Assembly: GCA_963748625.1 (NCBI GenBank)
Contig: CAVVJT010000004.1
Coordinates: 128,001 to 192,000 of the forward strand
Direction of reading: 5' to 3'
Length of the DNA: 64,000 nt
Source of the DNA: an uncultured Chloroflexia bacterium
GTDB lineage: Bacteria; Chloroflexota; Limnocylindria; Limnocylindrales; CSP1-4
Position numbers and translations under genes: made by a program. Shown here one piece after another: positions 17,598 to 26,749 of the stretch. The stretch's first letter is position 1; each line of letters starts with the position of its first letter. A model generated the notes under the pieces. It was not told the DNA's origin. It was given only the letters and a program-made list of their open reading frames with translations, and did no database searches.

Positions 17598-18980
17598 TCA
17601 GCCGACCTTCGGCAGGCCCGCCAGCGCGGCTTGCACGGCCTCGGCGGGGTACTCGTAGTCCTCCAGCGACCCCTGCATGTACTTCTCGTACGACACCAGG
17701 TCGAAGTGCCCGTGGCCGGAGAGGTTGAACAGGATCACGCGCTGCTCACCGGCATCGCGCGCCTCGATCGCCTGATCCACGGCGACCTTGATCGCATGGG
17801 TGCTCTCGGGCGCCGGGAGGATGCCCTCGGTCCGGGCGAACTGGACGCCGGCGTCGAAGCAGGCCCGCTGGTGGACGGACTGGGCCTCGATGAGGCCGTT
17901 CTCCTTCAGGAGCGAGACCATCGGGGCCATGCCGTGGTAGCGCAGGCCCCCCGCATGGATCGGCTCGGGGATGAACGAGGACCCCAGCGTGTGCATCTTC
18001 ACGAGCGGGGTCATCATGCCCGTGTCGCCGAAGTCGTAGGCGTACACGCCGCGCGTCAGTGACGGCGCCGCCTCGGGCTCGGCCGCGATCACGCGGTACC
18101 GGCCCTCGCCCCTGAGCTGACGGCCCACCCATGGGAACGCCATGCCCGCGAAGTTGGAGCCGCCGCCCGCGCACGCGATGATCACGTCGGGCTCCTCGCC
18201 CGCCAGCTGCATCTGCTCGATGGCTTCCAGGCCGATGACGGTCTGGTGCAGCAGGACGTGGTTGAGCACGGAGCCCAGGCTGTACTTGGTGTCGTCACGG
18301 GTAGCCGCGTCCTCAACGGCCTCGGTGATCGCGATGCCTAGAGACCCGGGCGTGTCGGGGGTCTCGGCGAGGACCTTGCGTCCGTAGTTCGTCGTCGCGC
18401 TGGGGCTCGGGACGACCTCGGCACCGTAGGTCTCCATCAGCATCCGGCGGTACGGCTTCTGGTCGTACGAGGCGCGGACCTGGTAGACCTTCACCTCGAG
18501 GTCGAAGAGCGCACCGGCGAGGGCCAGCGAGCTTCCCCACTGGCCGGCACCGGTCTCGGTGGCCAGACGCTTGACGCCCTCCTGCTTGTTGAACCACGCC
18601 TGCGGGACAGCCGTGTTGGGCTTGTGGCTGCCGCCCGGGCTGACGCCCTCGTACTTGTAGTAGATGTGGGCCGGGGTGCCGAGGGCCTGCTCCAGGCGGT
18701 GGGCGCGGTACAGCGGAGCCGGGCGCCACAGCTGGTAGATCTCGCGGACGGGGTCGGGGATCTCGATCTCACGCTCGACGCTGACCTCCTGGCCGATCAG
18801 GGCCATCGGGAAGAGCGGCGCAAGGTCGTCGGGGCCGATGGGCTGGCCGGTGCCCGGGTGGAGGGGCGGCGAGGGCATGATCCCGTTCGCGACGAGGTCG
18901 GCCGCGATGTTGTACCAGGCGCGCGGGATGCGGTCCTCGTCGAGGAGGAACTTGGTCCGGCGCTGGACGACGTTGGCCAT
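17598..18980 (-). CDS. trpB2: TrpB2 (stand-alone tryptophan synthase beta-like PLP enzyme)
   Basis: [60 protein letters not shown]. Confidence 0.93.
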   Translation of the reverse strand: MANVVQRRTKFLLDEDRIPRAWYNIAADLVANGIMPSPPLHPGTGQPIGPDDLAPLFPMALIGQEVSVEREIEIPDPVREIYQLWRPAPLYRAHRLEQALGTPAHIYYKYEGVSPGGSHKPNTAVPQAWFNKQEGVKRLATETGAGQWGSSLALAGALFDLEVKVYQVRASYDQKPYRRMLMETYGAEVVPSPSATTNYGRKVLAETPDTPGSLGIAITEAVEDAATRDDTKYSLGSVLNHVLLHQTVIGLEAIEQMQLAGEEPDVIIACAGGGSNFAGMAFPWVGRQLRGEGRYRVIAAEPEAAPSLTRGVYAYDFGDTGMMTPLVKMHTLGSSFIPEPIHAGGLRYHGMAPMVSLLKENGLIEAQSVHQRACFDAGVQFARTEGILPAPESTHAIKVAVDQAIEARDAGEQRVILFNLSGHGHFDLVSYEKYMQGSLEDYEYPAEAVQAALAGLPKVG

Positions 18981-19110
18981 CTTGGTTCGACCTCCCGGGG
19001 TGGTGCGCGGCGTGGTCCGGGGAGCCTATCGCCTCGTGCGGACCATGGGCAAACCGGGAGGTTGCAGTTCGGATTCGAAGCGGACCACGCCACCCGGACG
19101 CGCCTGCTGC

Positions 19111-19758
19111 TCAGCCGAGGAGCGGAACCTCCACGAGGGACTCATACCGGGGCGGGCCCCCCGCAAGGTGGCTCCGGTACAGGACGACGCGGTCCGCCCG
19201 GAACCCGGTGCGCCAGCCCGTTGCCGCCGCGACCAGCGACTCCGCCACCGCGACCCCTTGTGCGGGCGACGACGAGTCCAGCCGTGCAACCGTGAGATGC
19301 GGCCGGTACGGCCTGTCGTCCGGCGGCCAGCCGAGCGGGTCGAGCGGCGCGTCAAGCGCGTCGGCCAGGGCGCCCAGCTCCCCTGCCCCCTGCTCGATCC
19401 CCAGCCACAGGGCCCGTGGCTTGCGCGGTCCCGGGAACATGCCGGCGCCGGCCAGCTCCACGTCGAAGGCGGCCATGCCCGCGAATGCGTCCTGCACAGC
19501 CAGCGCCACGTCGGGCACGAGGTCGGGAGGCGTATCGCCCAGGAAGCGGACGGTCAGGTGGAGGTTGTCCACGCGGACCCAGCGCGGCACCCGGCCCAGG
19601 GGCCCGGACCGGACACGCTCCACGAGGTCACGACACGAGGCCAGCGGCTCCGGCGGCATCGGCACGGCGACGAACAGGCGGTGCCAGCGCTCCGGCGGCT
19701 CCGCCTGCTCCGGCAGCTCCGGCAGCTCCGCCTGCTCCGGCAGCTCCGCCTCAGCCAC
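19111..19758 (-). CDS. thpR: RNA 2',3'-cyclic phosphodiesterase (2H family)
   Basis: RLFVAV; two HxT motifs (NLHLTVRFLG, PHLTVAR); LYRSHL...PRYE. Confidence 0.9.
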   Translation of the reverse strand: MAEAELPEQAELPELPEQAEPPERWHRLFVAVPMPPEPLASCRDLVERVRSGPLGRVPRWVRVDNLHLTVRFLGDTPPDLVPDVALAVQDAFAGMAAFDVELAGAGMFPGPRKPRALWLGIEQGAGELGALADALDAPLDPLGWPPDDRPYRPHLTVARLDSSSPAQGVAVAESLVAAATGWRTGFRADRVVLYRSHLAGGPPRYESLVEVPLLG

Positions 19759-20269
19759 CCTTCTCGCGGATCCAGCGCTCGCGATCCTGCGTCAGCACCT
19801 CGTGCGCACGCTCCCGGCCTCGCCAGCCGTCGAGGTCGACTTCCTTGTTCTCGAGCATCTTGTACGTCTGGAAGAAGTGCTCGATCTCGACGAGGCGGTG
19901 GGGCCGGATCTGCTCCAGGCGCTCGATGTGCTGCTGGTGTGAATCGCCGATCGCCACGCACAGGGTCTTGAAGTCGAAGCCCTTCTCATCGTGCATCTCG
20001 AGGCCGCCGACCGGGCGCGCCCAGACGTGGCAGCCGGGGAACGTGGGCTCGTCGATGATCAGCAGGGCGTCGGTGTGGTCGCCGTCGTCCGCGCGGGTGC
20101 CCTCGATGAACCCGTAGTCGAAGTTGTAGAAGACGGCCGAGGACAGGACGCGGTCAAGCCGGAAGACGCCCGCCTCCTCGTCGAACTCGTACTTGTTGCG
20201 TGATCCGCGCGGGATCTCCACCACGATCTCGACGATGTCCGGAAACCTGTCGGCAAACTCGCTGCTCAT
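19751..20269 (-). CDS. ppa: Inorganic pyrophosphatase, family I
   Basis: VEIPRGSRNKYE, LDRVL, DYGFI, DGDHTDAL, IEHFFQTYK. Start at ATG 20269. Confidence 0.93.
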   Translation of the reverse strand: MSSEFADRFPDIVEIVVEIPRGSRNKYEFDEEAGVFRLDRVLSSAVFYNFDYGFIEGTRADDGDHTDALLIIDEPTFPGCHVWARPVGGLEMHDEKGFDFKTLCVAIGDSHQQHIERLEQIRPHRLVEIEHFFQTYKMLENKEVDLDGWRGRERAHEVLTQDRERWIREKGG

Positions 20270-20306
20270 GGGCACAACTCTACCGCCCCGGCAACCGGAA
20301 CGCGGC

Positions 20307-20385
20307 GGATGCGAGGCGGAGCCGAGGAGCGGAGCGAGCGCACCCGGATGTGCGTGAGCGAGCCCCGCAGGCGACAACGAAGCAG
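20307..20385. repeat. REP/MITE-like intergenic element (GAGCGAGC direct repeats flanking a hairpin)
   Basis: GAGCGAGC-GCAC-CCGGAT-GTGC-GT-GAGCGAGC. Single copy in this window. Confidence 0.35.
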
Positions 20386-20407
20386 GCGCCCGTCTCCGGG
20401 TGCCGGG

Positions 20408-21475
20408 TCAGTCGTTGTAGAGGCGCTCCTCGATGAGCTTCTCCTGCACGGTTCGCCCGTTCGGGTCGAAGCAGGAGAACTCGAAGTGCTTCTCGAACTC
20501 GATGTCCAGCGCATCCTGGCCGCCCCGGTTCTTCTCCACCGACACCACCACCCAGTCGCGGAAGCGCTGCGCCTGGTACGGGTTGAACTCGATGTTGACC
20601 TTGGCGACGATCTGGTACTTCTCGTTGAGGATCAGGATGATGTCGGCCTCGTAGTTGATCGCCGACGACCCGCGCAGGTGGTGGTTGCGCAGGCGGGACG
20701 CCTTGAGGCCCTCCTTGTCCGCGGCAACAATTGCGATCAGCGGGACATCCTCACTGAGGGCGATGTCCTTGAGGCCGTTGACCACGAACGTGACCTTCTC
20801 GGTCTCGGTCGGCGGCTCCGGGTATACGGGGACCTTCTGGAGGTAGTCCACCACGACGAGCAGGCGGCGATCGCCCGAGAGCTCGCGGTGCTGGCGGATC
20901 AGCTGGCGGAGCCCGTCGATGGTGCTGGCGGTCTGGGTACCCCGCAGCAGGAACAGGTTCTGCCCGTAGCGGGCGATGCGATCCAGCGACGGCCGCAGGC
21001 GGGGATTGGCCGCCAGCTGCGCGGTGCCGCCACCCTCCGCCATCCAGGTCCCCAGGATCTCCTTGCGGACATCCTGGATCTTGATTGCGCCCGTCTTGTG
21101 GGGGAGGTGCGCCAGCGCCGACTCGGCCGCGATCAGGCGGTTGAGCAGGTACAGCTCATCATGCTCGAAGCAGACGTAGAGGACGTTCGCCTGGCCACCG
21201 GACGCGACGTTGCGCGCCATCTGGAGCGCCATGGTGGTCTTGCCCGTGCCCTGGGCGCCGCCGATCAGGAGAAGCTCACCCGGACGCAGGCCGTTGCCGA
21301 TGGTCTTGTCCAACGGCGTGAACCCGAGCGGGACGGGCTGGTACTCCCCGACCTTGCCGGTGGTGACCTTGTCGTTGAGGTCCACCAGCACCTCGATCGC
21401 CGACCTGGGAGCCATGCTCCCGTTCGGCCCCTCGAAGCGCCAACTGGAGCGCTCTGTAGCCCCGGATTCCGTCAC
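20408..21475 (-). CDS. DnaB-like SF4/RecA-fold ATPase lacking the DnaB N-terminal domain
   Basis: LGFTPLD...GLRPGEL, GAQGTGKT, VCFE, VVVDYLQ, LKDIA, LRGSSAINYEADIIL, VEKNRGG; GGAGG SD. Confidence 0.82.
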   Translation of the reverse strand: MTESGATERSSWRFEGPNGSMAPRSAIEVLVDLNDKVTTGKVGEYQPVPLGFTPLDKTIGNGLRPGELLLIGGAQGTGKTTMALQMARNVASGGQANVLYVCFEHDELYLLNRLIAAESALAHLPHKTGAIKIQDVRKEILGTWMAEGGGTAQLAANPRLRPSLDRIARYGQNLFLLRGTQTASTIDGLRQLIRQHRELSGDRRLLVVVDYLQKVPVYPEPPTETEKVTFVVNGLKDIALSEDVPLIAIVAADKEGLKASRLRNHHLRGSSAINYEADIILILNEKYQIVAKVNIEFNPYQAQRFRDWVVVSVEKNRGGQDALDIEFEKHFEFSCFDPNGRTVQEKLIEERLYND

Positions 21476-21564
21476 GTGCCGTAGTCCTCCCGCCTGTCCG
21501 CTGACGTCCGCATCCTAGCACCGTGCCTGCGCCTCGCCCCGCCCCGTCCGTACGGGGCGATGGG

Positions 21565-22998
21565 TCAGAGGTCCTGCTGGCCCCCGGCCTGTCGCAGCGC
21601 GCCCAACTCGTCCCAGAGACGCACGATGACGCGAGTGCCCTGCTCGAAGTTGTCAACGAGGAACCACTCGTTGGGGGCATGGGCATTGCAGGTGGGCTGC
21701 GTGAAGCCGAGCAGCACGACGGGCAGCCCCAGCTGGTGGTCGAACGCCGCGGTCACCGGGATCGAGCCGCCCTCTCGGATGTAGACGGGCGGGGCGCCAT
21801 ACACGGCCTCGATCGCCCGGGCAGCGGCCTGGGTCGCCGGGTGATCCGTCGGCGTCAGGCTTGCCTCGCCACCGTGGATGTACGTGGTGGTGACGGACAC
21901 CCCGGGCGGCGCGATCTCGTCCACGAACGCCTTGAGCGCCTCGAAGACCTTCTGCGGGTCCTGGTTGGCGACCAGGCGCGTGGAAATCTTGGCGTGCGCA
22001 TGGGCAGGGATGATGGTCTTCGCGCCGTCGCCCTGGAAGCCGCCCCAGATCCCGTTCACGTCGAGCGTCGGCCGCGCCGTCTTGCGCTCCAGCGTCGTCC
22101 AGCCGGCCTCGCCCACCAGAGCGGGTACCGGGATCTCCGCCCGGTAGGTCTCATCATCGAAGGGCAGGGCGGCCATGGCGGCCCGCTCGTCATCGGTGAG
22201 CGCCACCACGTCGTCGTAGAAGCCCGGGATGCGTACGCGGCCATCGGCGCCCTTGAGGGCGGCGATGATCCGGGCCAGCGCGTTGGCCGGGTTGTCCACG
22301 GTGCCGCCGTACATCCCCGAGTGGAGGTCCACCGGCGAGAGGACGACGTCGATCTGGGCGTACATGATCCCGCGCAGGCCCACCGTGATGGCAGGGACGT
22401 TGCCCTCGAAGAAGCCCGTGTCGCTGATGACCGCGAGGTCGGCCTGGAGGCGGTCGCGGTTGGCCTCGATCCAGGTGTAGAGGCTGTCGGAGCCGTACTC
22501 CTCCTCCCCCTCGAAGACGAAGGTGAGGTTGGCGGCAGGCGTCCTGCCTGCGGCACGCAGAGCCTCAAGCGCCGAGAGATGCATCACCAGCTGGCCCTTG
22601 TCGTCCGCGACGCCCCTGCCCACGAAGCGGCCATCGCGCAGGAACGGGTCGAACGGTGCCGTCTCCCACAGCTCGATCGGGTCCACCGGCTGCACGTCGT
22701 AGTGGCAGTAGACCAGGACCGTCGGCGCGCCGGGCGCCTCGTGGATGCGCCCGTAGACGATCGGGTGGAGCGCCGTCTGCTCCACCGACACGTCGGTCGC
22801 CCCGACGCGCCGCAGCCGCTCCGCGACCCACTCCGCGGCGGTGACCATGTCCTGGCCATGCTCCGGCAGCGCCGAGATGCTGGGGATGCGCGCGAACTCC
22901 AGGAGGGCCTCGGCACGAGCGTCGCGCGACTCGACCAGGGCCTGCTCCACGAGCGGGTCGATCGGGGTGGCGTCCGGGGCGGGCAGCAGGTCGGTCAT
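21565..22998 (-). CDS. M20-family dipeptidase
   Basis: YCHYDVQP, GRGVADDKG, EGEEEYGS, DLHSG, GGSIP, NAHAPNE. Confidence 0.92.
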   Translation of the reverse strand: MTDLLPAPDATPIDPLVEQALVESRDARAEALLEFARIPSISALPEHGQDMVTAAEWVAERLRRVGATDVSVEQTALHPIVYGRIHEAPGAPTVLVYCHYDVQPVDPIELWETAPFDPFLRDGRFVGRGVADDKGQLVMHLSALEALRAAGRTPAANLTFVFEGEEEYGSDSLYTWIEANRDRLQADLAVISDTGFFEGNVPAITVGLRGIMYAQIDVVLSPVDLHSGMYGGTVDNPANALARIIAALKGADGRVRIPGFYDDVVALTDDERAAMAALPFDDETYRAEIPVPALVGEAGWTTLERKTARPTLDVNGIWGGFQGDGAKTIIPAHAHAKISTRLVANQDPQKVFEALKAFVDEIAPPGVSVTTTYIHGGEASLTPTDHPATQAAARAIEAVYGAPPVYIREGGSIPVTAAFDHQLGLPVVLLGFTQPTCNAHAPNEWFLVDNFEQGTRVIVRLWDELGALRQAGGQQDL

Positions 22999-23066
22999 GG
23001 AGCCTCCAGGGTGGCGACGGTGCGCCGATCGTAGCGCGCCAGGGCGATCGCACGCCCGAACACACG

Positions 23067-23096
23067 GAACGGGCGGCCCACGGGGACCGCCCGTTC
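23067..23096 (-). terminator. Hairpin downstream of ftsH
   Basis: GAACGGGCGG ... CCGCCCGTTC, 10-bp stem. Confidence 0.55.
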
Positions 23097-23116
23097 GTGA
23101 GCGCGGTGTGGTGTGA

Positions 23117-25057
23117 TCAGGCCGGCTGGGGCGACGGGTTCGTCACCGGGCTGCCGCCGGGGCCCTCGGACGTGCCACCGTCGGTACCGGGAGCGATGAC
23201 CCGCGGGATGCCCGCGAAGCGACCGGCCTTGGGGGGCAGGTCGTCGAAGAGCTTCTCGAACGCCTCGGCGTCCACCGTCTCCTCGGCGATCAGCTTCTCT
23301 GCCAGCATGTCGAGCTTGTGGCGATACGTGGTCAGCGTCTCGGTTGCCCGGTCGTACGCGCGATCCACGATGGCGCGGACCTCCTCGTCGATCACCCGGG
23401 CGACGTCGTCCGAGTAGTCGCGCGACTCACCCATGGACCGGCCCAGGAACACCATCTCGTCACGCTTGCCGAACGAGAGCGGGCCGAGGCGGTCGCTCAT
23501 GCCGAACTCGGTGACCATGCGGCGGGCGAGGTCGGTGGCCTTCTCGATGTCGTTGCTGGCGCCGGTGGTCGTGTCGCCGAAGACCAGGCGCTCGGCGACG
23601 TTGCCGCCGAGCAGACCGGCGATCTTGTCCTCGAACTCAGTCTTGGACTGGAGGTAGCGGTCCTCGGTGGGCAGGGCCATCGTGTAGCCAAGCGCCATGC
23701 CGCGGCTGATGACCGTGACCTTGGCCACCGGGTCGCACTTGGGCAGGATCCGCTGCACGACGGCGTGACCGCCCTCGTGGAAGGCGATGATCCGCTTCTC
23801 CTCGTCGCTGATGACACGGGACTTGCGCTCCGGGCCGGCCACGATGCGCTCGAGGGCCTCGGAGAACTCGTTCATCCCGACGACCTTCTTGTTGCGCCGG
23901 GCGGCGAGGATCGCAGCCTCGTTGACGAGGTTCGCGAGATCCGCGCCGGAGAAGCCGGGCGACTGGCGCGCGACCTCCTCCACCACCACCGACTTGTCGA
24001 GCGGCTTGCCCTTGGTGTGGACCTTGAGGATCGCAGTTCGACCCTTCATGTCCGGGCGGTCGAGGATGACCTGGCGGTCGAAGCGTCCCGGGCGCAGCAG
24101 CGCCGGATCCAGGACATCGGGCCGGTTGGTGGCGGCCACCACGATCACGTTGGTGTTCGTGTCGAAGCCGTCCATCTCGACCAGGATCTGGTTGAGGGTC
24201 TGCTCGCGCTCGTCATGGGAGCCGCCGAGGCCCGCGCCGCGCTGGCGGCCGACCGCGTCGATCTCGTCCACGAACACGATGCAGGGGCTGTTGCGCTTGG
24301 CCTGGTCGAACAGGTCGCGGACGCGGGATGCGCCCACGCCCACGAACATCTCGACGAACTCGGAGCCCGAGATGCTGAAGAACGGCACCCCGGCCTCACC
24401 CGCCACGGCGCGCGCCATCAGCGTCTTGCCGGTTCCGGGAGGTCCCACGAGGAGCACGCCGCGCGGGATGCGGGCGCCAAGGGAGTTGAACTTCTCCGGG
24501 TACTTGAGGAACTCCACGACCTCCTGGAGCTCCAACTTGGCCTCATCGACGCCCGCGACGTCCGCGAACGTGACGACGGTCTTGTTGCCCAGGAACATGC
24601 GTGCCCGGCTCTTGCCGAAGGACATCGCCTGGTTGTTGGTGCCCTGGGCCTGGCGCATCATGAAGAAGATGAAGCCGCCGATCACGAGCAGCGGCAGAAG
24701 GCCCGTGAGGAGCAGGCCAACCCAGCTCGTGTCTGCCGTGGGCTTCCTCTGGAACGAGGGCACCGTCGGCTGGGCGCCGGCCGCGGACGCCTTCTGCATG
24801 TCCGAGAAGACGTCGCCGGTGATGTTGTTGGGGACGACGACCGTGTACTTGCTGTCGTCCGACTTCTTGGTGACCGTGAGGGTCTCGCCATCCTGGATGA
24901 CGGCCTTCACCTCGCCGGCCTTGACCTGGTTCCAGAAGTCCGAGTAGTTCGTGGAGGCCGCGGGCGTGGTCGACCCCAGCCACGTGTAGAGCAGCGCCAC
25001 GGTGCCCGCCACGAGGACGAGCATCACGAGCCCGTTGCGCATGAATTTTGCGTTCAA
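23117..25057 (-). CDS. ftsH: ATP-dependent zinc metalloprotease FtsH
   Basis: Two TMs; [44 protein letters not shown] start with GGAGG SD. Confidence 0.97.
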   Translation of the reverse strand: MNAKFMRNGLVMLVLVAGTVALLYTWLGSTTPAASTNYSDFWNQVKAGEVKAVIQDGETLTVTKKSDDSKYTVVVPNNITGDVFSDMQKASAAGAQPTVPSFQRKPTADTSWVGLLLTGLLPLLVIGGFIFFMMRQAQGTNNQAMSFGKSRARMFLGNKTVVTFADVAGVDEAKLELQEVVEFLKYPEKFNSLGARIPRGVLLVGPPGTGKTLMARAVAGEAGVPFFSISGSEFVEMFVGVGASRVRDLFDQAKRNSPCIVFVDEIDAVGRQRGAGLGGSHDEREQTLNQILVEMDGFDTNTNVIVVAATNRPDVLDPALLRPGRFDRQVILDRPDMKGRTAILKVHTKGKPLDKSVVVEEVARQSPGFSGADLANLVNEAAILAARRNKKVVGMNEFSEALERIVAGPERKSRVISDEEKRIIAFHEGGHAVVQRILPKCDPVAKVTVISRGMALGYTMALPTEDRYLQSKTEFEDKIAGLLGGNVAERLVFGDTTTGASNDIEKATDLARRMVTEFGMSDRLGPLSFGKRDEMVFLGRSMGESRDYSDDVARVIDEEVRAIVDRAYDRATETLTTYRHKLDMLAEKLIAEETVDAEAFEKLFDDLPPKAGRFAGIPRVIAPGTDGGTSEGPGGSPVTNPSPQPA

Positions 25058-25251
25058 ACGGAGCGCCTCCGAGTCGATCAGGCCGGCGGGGACGCCGGTG
25101 GACAGCGAGTATACCGTCGGGGTCGTCGCGACCCGTTCGGCCGCGATCAGTTACGACGCTATCAGGAGTACGGCGCAGGGCCGTGCGCGGATGGCCTCAC
25201 CGGGGTTGTGTCCCGGTTAGGAAAACGCAGCCTTGGCACCGGATCGATGCG

Positions 25252-25283
25252 AAACCCCCGTACCGGTGCTCCGGACGGGGGTT
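25252..25283 (-). terminator. Terminator hairpin downstream of the tRNA
   Basis: AACCCCCGT-(A)CCGG-TGCT-CCGG-ACGGGGGTT; short T run on the minus strand. Confidence 0.6.
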
Positions 25284-25302
25284 CGGGTGAAGGCGGAAAG
25301 GA

Positions 25303-25377
25303 TGGTGGCTGGGGACAGAATCGAACTGTCGACCGGGCGGTTATGAGTCGCCTGCTCTGCCGCTGAGCTACCCAGCC
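25303..25377 (-). tRNA. tRNA with CAU anticodon (elongator Met or lysidine Ile2; not initiator)
   Basis: GGCTGGGTAGCTCAGCGGCAGAGCAGGCGACTCATAACCGCCCGGTCGACAGTTCGATTCTGTCCCCAGCCACCA folds as a cloverleaf with encoded CCA; -10 TAGACT at 25389-25394. Confidence 0.93.
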
Positions 25378-25510
25378 ATCGGGCGCAGAGTCTACGGCGC
25401 GACCGTCCCTGCATGCAAACCCGCCGGTCGGGGGTGACGCTGGCCGCCTCGAAGGCTGACAATGTGCCCGCCACACCGCACGCGATCACACCCAGAGGGA
25501 GGGGCACACG

Positions 25511-26675
25511 ATGACCAGCGACACCCCCGGCTCCGGCGGAACCGGCTGGGGCCAGCCGCCCAACCCGAGCGGGCAGCAGCCCACCTCCGGCGAGTGGCCG
25601 GCCGAGCTCGTGCCGCCCACCGAGCCCGCGGCACCCGCGCCCGAGACTGCCGCGCCGGTACCCGAGCCCGTGGCCCCGGCCCCTGCAGCCGGGACGTGGG
25701 GCCAGCCCGCGGCCCCGGCACCCGTCGCCCGAGCCTGCCGCACCAGCCGACGACGCCCCCACCCAGCCGGTCACGCCCGCTTGGGGCCAGCCCGCGGCCG
25801 CGGCACCCGAGCCCACCGCGCCGGCTCCTGCCGCTCCAGCACCGGCACCAGTGGCACCGACGCCAACGCCCGCGGGCCAGTGGGGTGCTCCTCCGCCCCA
25901 GCAGCCCCAGCAGCCCGGCTATGGCGCACCGGTTCCCCCTGCCGCGACTCCCGGAGGCCAGTGGGGTGCTCCTCCGCCCCAGCAGCCCCAGCAGGGCGGC
26001 GGCTGGACGCCCCCGCCCGTCGCCCCCGGCGGCGCACCGGCAGGCTGGCAGCCGGCGCCGGCCAAGTCCTCCAACGGCTGCCTCAAGGCATGCCTGATCG
26101 TGGGCATCATCCTCGTGATCCTCGCGGTGATCTTCGTCGTCGCGATCACCCTGCTCGGCATGAAGTTCGCGTCCGACATGGGCGTGAACCCCGATGGGTC
26201 CGTGGCGCAGTGCGAGTTCGTGTCGAACGACGAGCTTGCCCAGGTGCTCGACGGCCAGCCCACCGGCATGCCCCTCGGCGGGTTCGTGGACGCGACCCTC
26301 GGCCAGCTGCTTGACAAGCGCCTCCTCACCGACGCCGACGACTGCTGGCTCGTGGACGAGTCGAACAGCGGTGGCTACACCGGCCGGCTTGCGCTCAAGC
26401 AGGGTGGCAGCTTCGACCAGGAGCTGGCCACCGCCCAGGCAGGCGAGTTCTTCGCCACCGACGTCCCGGGCTTCGGCGACCAGGCATTCTGCACGGGCAT
26501 CGCGGAGACCGGCTCCACCGGGGCCCTGGTCCGGCAGGGCGGCAACGTCGCCTACGTGAGCCTGATCGCGGGCGACGTCAACGGGTTCGACTTCGATGAG
26601 GCCCCCAACGGCGTCCTCTACTCCCCAAGCACGTGCGAGCTGGCGGCGGCGATCGCGGTGCAGATCCTGCGCTGA
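25511..26675 (+). CDS. Pro/Gln-rich single-pass membrane protein with a Cys-containing C-terminal domain; interrupted by one frameshift near 25725
   Basis: ATG 25511 with GGAGG SD. The Pro-rich WGQP repeats continue in the +1 frame into ORF 25851..26675 (TM CLIVGIILVILAVIFVVAITLL). Removing T25725 joins the two frames. Confidence 0.75.
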
Positions 26676-26696
26676 CCGACGCCGGGCCCGCACAGC

Positions 26697-26726
26697 AGGA
26701 AGCGCGGCCGCGAGGCCGCGCTTCCT
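26697..26726. terminator. Hairpin between convergent genes
   Basis: AGGAAGCGCGGCC-GCGA-GGCCGCGCTTCCT, 13-bp perfect stem with a GNRA loop. Confidence 0.7.
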
Positions 26727-26749
26727 CGTGTCTGGGAGCAACCCGGGGG

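Noticed and set aside
19690-19750. Short tandem repeats at the start of thpR, and Pro-rich repeats in the RDD gene
   Set aside because: In-frame low-complexity coding repeats (ELPEQA; PPVAPV); no independent function is evident.
25303-25377. tRNA as an island integration site
   Set aside because: Flanked by ftsH and host-like genes; I saw no duplicate of the tRNA 3' end and no adjacent integrase.
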